A program made the translations under genes and the position numbers. The notes below the pieces were generated by a model. That model saw nothing but the letters and a program-made list of their open reading frames with translations. It searched no databases and had not been told where the DNA came from. Positions 61,001-64,000 of a stretch of DNA of 64,000 nt are shown here, piece by piece; within the stretch, counting starts at the first letter, position 1; the number at the start of each line of letters is the position of its first letter. The DNA lies in the NCBI RefSeq assembly GCF_035594765.1, contig NC_085841.1, positions 264,646,525-264,710,524 of the forward strand, given 5' to 3'. The stretch is from Anolis carolinensis (lineage: Eukaryota).

Positions 61001-62819
61001 TTAGGTAAGATACATGAAGAAAATGTCTCCTGAAACATGGCAAGGTTTTTAAAAGTAGTTGCTCTTATAAAAAAAAGGAATGACAAAGAAAACTTTTTAA
61101 AAAAAAAAAAGTCCATAACATGCACTGAGGCTAGAGAAATTCTCAAAAAGGAATGTTCCAAATTTTTAATAGAAATTTTGTATGTGGTGTTTGTAGATAC
61201 ATATTCTCAACTGATGCAGAGCTGAATTAGATATCAAGCTATCTGAAGTACCCTGTTTTTCTGGGTGTAAGAAGTATAAAATGGATTTGGTATAAACATT
61301 TAACTGATTTCCTGAGTTCTAGAGGGACTATTTTGAAGAAACGGGATAGTGTAATGTTTTTATTTATTCATAATAAAGGTAAAGGTTTCCCCTGACATTA
61401 AGTCCAGTCATGTCTGACTCTGGGGGTTGGTGCTCATCTCCATTTCTAAGCTGAAGAGCCGTTGTCCATAGACATCTCCAAGGGTCATGTGACCGGCATG
61501 ACTGCATGGAGCGCCGTTACCTTCCCACCGGAGCGGTACCTATTGATCTACTCACATTTGCATGTTTTCGAACTGCTAGGTGGGTAGGAGCTGGGGCTAA
61601 CAGCGGGCGCTCATTCCGCTCCTGGGATTTGAACCTGGGACCTTTTGATCTGCAAGTTCAGCAGCTCAGCGCTTTAAAACACTGAGCCACCAGGGTCCCT
61701 ATTTATGCATAGTGGCCAGTATATGGATGGAATTTATCAACTGCCAAACCACTTATTTCCTGCAGGTGGGGCAATTTCATAGCAAACCAAACAGTAGAAG
61801 TGGGAAATAAATGAATTGGATTTCAAGAAGTAATTGTTTTGCACCTCTCCAGACTGGTAGCGACACAAAAAACACATTTTCTTAAAATCCTTCGCTTTTT
61901 GACATTTATAATGCATTTTGGGGGAAGAAATCTGCTAAAATTAAGTATATGTTTCAAACATGGATACAACAAAAAATCGGAAATTTCAAAAAATGTGTAC
62001 ACATATGGTTGATAAAGGTAGAACTCATGCAACATGTTTATATAAGGGAATGATGCACAAAAAGCTTTGCAACCCAGAACAGAAATAGGAATGGAAGAAA
62101 ATCAATGAAAGAAAGTCTGTCAGTTTTTTACTTCACTAGTGTAAGTTCATCCAGCATCTTATTACCCACTACAAACAGTGGATAAGGTCTAAACTCTTAC
62201 CACTGACTTGTATAGGGAAGTTTTGTGGTGAATTGCAATCAAGTCAGCTTTGACTTATGGCAACTCTTTCAAAGCCCCATATCAAAACAGTTCTGCTCAG
62301 ATCTTGGAAACTTGAAGCAACAACTTCCTTAATTGAGGGCTAAATTAGATGTAACAATGGTTATCACCTCAAAATGAATAAGTTGTGTGTGAGAGAGTTT
62401 AATTTGTGGAATTTAACACCCCTCCGCCCAATACTCCAGTTCTCTGATTTTCAGACTAGAGATGCCAATCAGTCAAACAAAAACCAGGAAGTGATACTAA
62501 TTACAGGAGCTCTCATTCATAGACATTCTTTCTGACCTATCCAAACTGAAATCTTTTTAAAAAATCTAGCTCAGACTAAGGATGCTATCATGGCTGTGGA
62601 TTTGTGCATTTATTAGTAATTGTCACACACATATCCCAAAAAAGGTATCATACTTACTATTTAACTGGCTCATAGAACAAGGATCTGTGTCTCTTTCAAT
62701 GGCAGGGGAACAATGTCCCGCCCTCCAAGAATCCACAAAAAGTGGTGCTGTTCCTTCAATAATATCCATGCTTGTCATAAAGTCATCCGCTGTTTCTCCG
62801 TTGTAGTTACCACACAGCC
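5414..62819 (-). CDS. MUC6: Mucin-6 (gel-forming mucin), 5'-partial multi-exon gene: VWD2(part)-C8-TIL-D'-D3-PTS-CK
   Basis: 14 Cys-rich exons, 54 PTS exons and 2 CK exons join in one frame with consistent phases. Peptides such as RCVYQACNYEETFP, DPCSMSQLNK, CTWHY, NIEGCYNCS and YKGCVANVTLTRC closely match recalled human MUC6. The PTS runs directly into the CK with no D4/VWC domains, which is diagnostic of MUC6. AP2A2 is the neighbour. Confidence 0.95.
6171..6367. mobile_element. inverted pair of Penelope-like retroelement terminal fragments
   Basis: Two ~95-nt inverted arms (…gatgcaggcaaaatgtcaggagaaaatgctgctagaaca… and its reverse complement); family assignment from recalled lizard Penelope ends. 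Confidence 0.55.
6478..6686. mobile_element. hAT-type MITE with nested LINE-like 3' tail (~6538-6604)
   Basis: TIRs cagagtttctcaaac / gtttgagaaacactg; 8-bp TSD gtatagac / gtgtagac (1 mismatch); internal gagtccccttcgggg…(taaa)n tail. Confidence 0.65.
6846..6948 (-). CDS. MUC6: MUC6 penultimate exon (CK domain N-half)
   Basis: cag…gtaag; GPCHAIEYDDQVVYKGCVANVTLTRCAGLCPSTAT; phase 1 in, phase 2 out, matching both neighbours. Confidence 0.93.
7972..8058 (-). CDS. MUC6: MUC6 PTS exon (87 nt, phase 1-1)
   Basis: ttttgtcag acceptor, gttagt donor; PSPIHTTKSTAPTTIAQTTVAPSSTPPS. Confidence 0.85.
9918..10195. mobile_element. hAT-type non-autonomous element
   Basis: TIRs caggcccgtagcc / ggctacatgcctg; subterminal poly-G and poly-C tracts; 8-bp TSD ctgggtga / ctgggaga (1 mismatch). 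Confidence 0.7.
11226..11447 (-). mobile_element. tRNA-derived SINE, same family as 2724-2980, internally deleted
   Basis: Reverse-complement similarity to 2724-2980, including the head ggagcccctggtggcgcaatgggttaaaccc and the tail. Confidence 0.7.
11570..11735. repeat. purine-rich (GA) low-complexity tract
   Basis: Almost exclusively G/A on the + strand. Confidence 0.7.
12223..12267 (-). CDS. MUC6: MUC6 PTS micro-exon (45 nt, phase 1-1)
   Basis: ttctttttctctactcttgtggaacag acceptor, gtaaac donor; ITKTTATVPTQSPT. Confidence 0.75.
12457..12600 (-). mobile_element. 5'-truncated copy of the same tRNA-SINE
   Basis: Matches the 3' half of 11226-11447. Confidence 0.65.
13210..13653 (-). CDS. MUC6: MUC6 non-repetitive PTS exon (444 nt, phase 1-1)
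   Basis: tctacag acceptor, gtacgg donor; open Ser/Thr-rich frame SSTRISSSTH…TTTINSTS. Confidence 0.85.
13978..14454 (-). CDS. MUC6: MUC6 repeated large PTS exon (477 nt, phase 1-1); representative of 23 copies
   Basis: ttcttttcttttccag acceptor, gtaagt donor; PTPRRKPSPSPTT…TTTHPVTTT. Copies: 13978-14454, 14999-15472, 16017-16490, 17035-17511, 18056-18532, 19077-19553, 20098-20574, 21119-21595, 22140-22616, 23161-23637, 24182-24658, 25203-25679, 26224-26700, 27245-27721, 28267-28743, 29288-29764, 30309-30785, 31330-31806, 32351-32827, 33372-33848, 34393-34869, 35414-35890, 36435-36911. All are open in the ORF track. Confidence 0.92.
14697..14735 (-). CDS. MUC6: MUC6 repeated PTS micro-exon (39 nt, phase 1-1); representative of 22 copies
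   Basis: cccttcctttatag acceptor, CAG|gtaagg donor; (E)TTHSTVTTHTPP. Copies begin (+ coordinate, each 39 nt) at 14697, 15715, 16733, 17754, 18775, 19796, 20817, 21838, 22859, 23880, 24901, 25922, 26943, 27964, 28986, 30007, 31028, 32049, 33070, 34091, 35112, 36133. Confidence 0.82.
37151..37189 (-). CDS. MUC6: MUC6 diverged 39-nt micro-exon
   Basis: aag acceptor, gtaaag donor; (E)TTHHKITTHTPS; homologous to the array micro-exon. Confidence 0.7.
37443..37694 (-). CDS. MUC6: MUC6 diverged, shorter PTS cassette exon (252 nt)
   Basis: ttttag acceptor, gtaagt donor; PEPRTRPPPSTT…SATTHPVTTT. Confidence 0.88.
37801..37845 (-). CDS. MUC6: MUC6 PTS micro-exon (45 nt)
   Basis: ttgcag acceptor, gtaaag donor; (E)KTRSTSTITTHSPP. 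Confidence 0.78.
38063..38320 (-). CDS. MUC6: MUC6 PTS exon (258 nt)
   Basis: tttttcag acceptor, gtaaat donor; RTTPETRHSTSTPKTT…ITVSTESDTSS…IVTTS. Confidence 0.85.
38432..38473 (-). CDS. MUC6: MUC6 PTS micro-exon (42 nt)
   Basis: ttctattacag acceptor, gtaagt donor; TQTTTVVSTSTSQ. Confidence 0.8.
38717..38853. mobile_element. palindromic MITE-like repeat
   Basis: atctacactaccatataat … attatatggcagtgtagat inverted ends, with an internal duplicate of the right arm. Confidence 0.5.
39800..40730 (+). mobile_element. degraded L1-like LINE 3' fragment
   Basis: Remnants resembling the ORF2 C-terminus (CGE…HMWLTCPK, later WKPFL) and an A-rich 3' tail at 40711-40730; left boundary approximate. Confidence 0.45.
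41090..41434. mobile_element. Tc1/mariner-type MITE
   Basis: TIR cagtagagtctcacttat / ataagtgagactctactg; TA TSD; same family at 52353-52675 and 58044-58363. Confidence 0.85.
41633..41680 (-). CDS. MUC6: MUC6 first PTS exon (48 nt)
   Basis: tttcag acceptor, gtgagt donor; ITPPTPTPTLTPTPT. Confidence 0.85.
42901..42963 (-). CDS. MUC6: MUC6 exon, end of D3 assembly
   Basis: CYNCSGDEYYNPKTKSCVPC; cag / gtaagg. Confidence 0.92.
43969..44115 (-). CDS. MUC6: MUC6 exon (D3)
   Basis: VYCDYFNSH…LNCTWHYRPCKC…NIE; tag / gtaac. Confidence 0.92.
44559..44715 (-). CDS. MUC6: MUC6 exon (D3 C8)
   Basis: VHRMPYYEACVRDSCGCDTGGDCECMCDAIAVYAKACLDVGVCIDWRTPDFC; tag / gtaagt. Confidence 0.95.
45692..45931 (-). 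CDS. MUC6: MUC6 exon (VWD3, CGLCG motif)
   Basis: DNLCGLCGNYNGNIRDDFETR…FAACHSK; tag / gtaaag. Confidence 0.95.
47436..47621 (-). CDS. MUC6: MUC6 exon (VWD3)
   Basis: NLTITLADRTYTV…LVWNRHMNLFIKISRETK; cag / gtaatg. Confidence 0.92.
47908..48018 (-). CDS. MUC6: MUC6 exon (VWD3)
   Basis: DGCGMGGSPHTFKIVTENVVCGNTGITCTRAFKIHLG; tag / gtaagg. Confidence 0.94.
48268..48412 (-). mobile_element. CR1 LINE 3' end fragment
   Basis: aatcatagaatcat tail and gagttggaagagacc…; reverse complement of the 63655-63877 family. Confidence 0.7.
49373..49514 (-). CDS. MUC6: MUC6 exon (start of VWD3)
   Basis: TCARGKWKCIQNTKCSSTCSLYGEGHINTFDGQRFVFDGNCEYILAM; cag / gtaacc. Confidence 0.95.
49772..49923 (-). CDS. 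MUC6: MUC6 exon (D' TIL/E)
   Basis: VPSKCESGCVCDAGLYEKLDGTCVPPDECPCEYGGISYEKGEQIQTECKT; cag / gtaaga. Confidence 0.94.
51539..51648 (-). CDS. MUC6: MUC6 exon (D' TIL)
   Basis: NCRPPKKYISCSSNSGSKYGAACAPTCQMLATGIQC; tag / gtgagc. Confidence 0.93.
51745..51797 (-). CDS. MUC6: MUC6 small exon (53 nt)
   Basis: YCINGNLSCTGRPIDPE; tag / gtatga; supplies the phase 2-to-1 link required between its neighbours. Confidence 0.9.
52353..52675. mobile_element. Tc1/mariner-type MITE
   Basis: Same TIR and TA TSD as 41090-41434. Confidence 0.85.
53487..53736 (-). CDS. MUC6: MUC6 exon (TIL of D2)
   Basis: IACTGNQTFSYNTQACDRTCLSLS…CPCYLKDRKFIQADQSTIIGGIT; tag / gtaagt. Confidence 0.95.
54689..54821 (-). CDS. 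MUC6: MUC6 exon (C8 of D2)
   Basis: RCVYQACNYEETFPYICSALASYAHACASMGLLLGNWRSTVDNC; tag / gtaagt. Confidence 0.95.
55183..56034 (+). mobile_element. solo LTR (852 bp)
   Basis: TG…CA termini (tgttgta / tgcgaca); perfect 5-bp TSD tttag (55178-55182 / 56035-56039); AATAAA at 55959-55964; internal tandem repeats ~55635-55800. Confidence 0.72.
56968..57912. mobile_element. hAT-type non-autonomous transposon
   Basis: TIRs caggggtccccaaact / agtttgaggactcctg; perfect 8-bp TSD gtctagat (56960-56967 / 57913-57920). Confidence 0.85.
57269..57510 (-). mobile_element. short non-autonomous Helitron nested in the hAT element
   Basis: Minus strand starts TC and ends CTAG, inserted between A and T with no TSD; subterminal hairpin gccac…gtggc at 57282-57299. 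Confidence 0.72.
58044..58363. mobile_element. Tc1/mariner-type MITE (opposite orientation)
   Basis: Same TIR family with TA TSD; the body is the reverse complement of 41090-41434. Confidence 0.85.
59410..59504 (-). CDS. MUC6: MUC6 exon (C8 of D2)
   Basis: MCAETHCSVLTKKDTIFAKCHIAVNPIPFYK; tag / gtaagg. Confidence 0.93.
61374..61699 (-). mobile_element. Sauria SINE, full length
   Basis: On the minus strand: head gggaccctggtggctcagt, B-box ggttcaaatcc, body cctagcagttcgaaa…aataggtaccgctccgg, (accttt)n tail; candidate TSD tatttattcata / tatttatgcata. Confidence 0.82.
62658..62819 (-). CDS. MUC6: MUC6 exon (end of VWD2); most 5' exon in the window
   Basis: LCGNYNGETADDFMTSMDIIEGTAPLFVDSWRAGHCSPAIERDTDPCSMSQLN; cag / gtaagt. 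Confidence 0.95.
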
Positions 62820-63654
62820 CTGGTGATATGGGAAAACATGCATGGAATGAAAAACCGCCAGAATATTTTTCAAAAATGAAAAGTTGACAGGTTAATCATG
62901 TGACAGGCCAGTGCATTACAATTGTGCTATTGTCCTTTGCTAAAGATAGTAATGTATACAATGTGTTCTGTGCCTTTAAAGGTTTGATGGACCCTGGAAC
63001 GAACAAGTTCTGATGTGTCTAATCTGTGCCGAAATGTAGGGGCCAACATTTTTCACAATCTACTCTAGCTGCTGCAGCAGCCTTTGTCTAAACATTAAAA
63101 CATGTACCGTAGCATGTCTCCAAAGCTTACACTGAAAAGCAAATCAATCAGTGATATATATGATCTAACATAGTTCCAATGCCCTTTGTTCCAGTATGGA
63201 GAAACCTTTTTGTAGATGATCCCAGGCCATACATGCAAGAATCCCACCCATCCCAGCAGAAGCCTAGACTCAAATCTACTTATTGGTGAATTTGACAAGA
63301 ATTTGTGTGGGTATTACAGATAGATATTAAAACAATGCGTATTAAAAAGCCCCTGCATACACAGAGCATGTTAACTTAGCTACCTTGAGTCCTCTCTGGG
63401 ATGGAGAAAGGCGGGATAGAAATGAAGTAAATAAATAAGCATGTTAACTTTATGGCAGGAGAACATGAACAAATTTTATCTAGCAAGGCAATGAATGAGG
63501 ATGTGCATTTTTCATTCCCATTCATACAAGTATGGCAGAAAGATGGCAATCACAGCTGAATCTAATGAACCCAGCCTATATTTTGTGTGACAGCCCCCTA
63601 ATTCAGGAAGGGATACCTTTGTGGATATCTGTTACCATATCTGCTCCCCACTTA

Positions 63655-63877
63655 CAGGAAAGGAGATTCCACCTGAACATCAGGAAGAACTTCTTCACTG
63701 TGAGAGCTGTTGGGCAGTGGAACTCTCTGCCCCAGACTGTGGTGGAGGCTCCTTCTGTGGTGGAGGCTGGATGGCCATCTGTCGGGGGTGCTTTGAATGC
63801 GATTTCCTGCTTCTTGGCAGGGGGTTGGACTGGATGGCCCATGAGGTTTCTTCCAGCTCTACTATTCTATGATTCTA
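63655..63877 (+). mobile_element. CR1 LINE 3' end fragment
   Basis: RRFHLNIRKNFFTVRAVGQWNSLP, typical of the CR1 ORF2 C-terminus, followed by an attctatgattcta tail. Confidence 0.85.
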
Positions 63878-64000
63878 GAAGGCTACATTAACCATAGTGG
63901 ATCAACTCTGTTGGTTAACACTATGCAACAAAATTTGGAAAATTTTCTGTTCCTGGTTTATAAGTATTATTCCTATTTGATTGTGTGGTACTTTGAGGGT

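Noticed and set aside
61600-61699. tRNA gene
   Set aside because: A/B boxes belong to the SINE head and continue into SINE body; the same applies at 2724-2800.
5414-62819. MUC2, MUC5AC/5B, MUC19, otogelin or VWF identity
   Set aside because: No CysD exons in the PTS and no D4/VWC exons between PTS and CK; peptide matches and the AP2A2 neighbour fit MUC6.

Overview
Vertebrate genomic DNA, most likely a squamate lizard (Anolis-like, inferred from a Sauria-type SINE and anole-type transposons). The + strand carries the last coding exon of AP2A2 (58-135). Facing it tail-to-tail on the - strand is most of MUC6 (gel-forming mucin 6). I traced its reading frame by hand through GT-AG junctions from mid-VWD2 (62819) via D'/D3, the PTS mucin domain and the cystine knot to the stop at 5414; the 5' part of the gene lies beyond the window. 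The main result is that the PTS domain is not one giant exon as in human MUC6. It is split over 54 predicted phase-1/phase-1 exons (~4,360 aa if all are included). The core is a ~23 kb tandem array of 23 near-identical ~1021-bp genomic cassettes, each a 39-nt micro-exon plus a 477-nt exon and two short introns (172 aa spliced). The array shows dimeric higher-order structure, unit-specific splice-donor variants, diverged ancestral cassettes at its edge and possible decayed PTS exons nearby. Introns hold SINEs, hAT and Tc1/mariner MITEs, a solo LTR, a Helitron nested in a hAT element, and CR1, L1 and Penelope remnants. All exon calls are sequence predictions with no transcript data.
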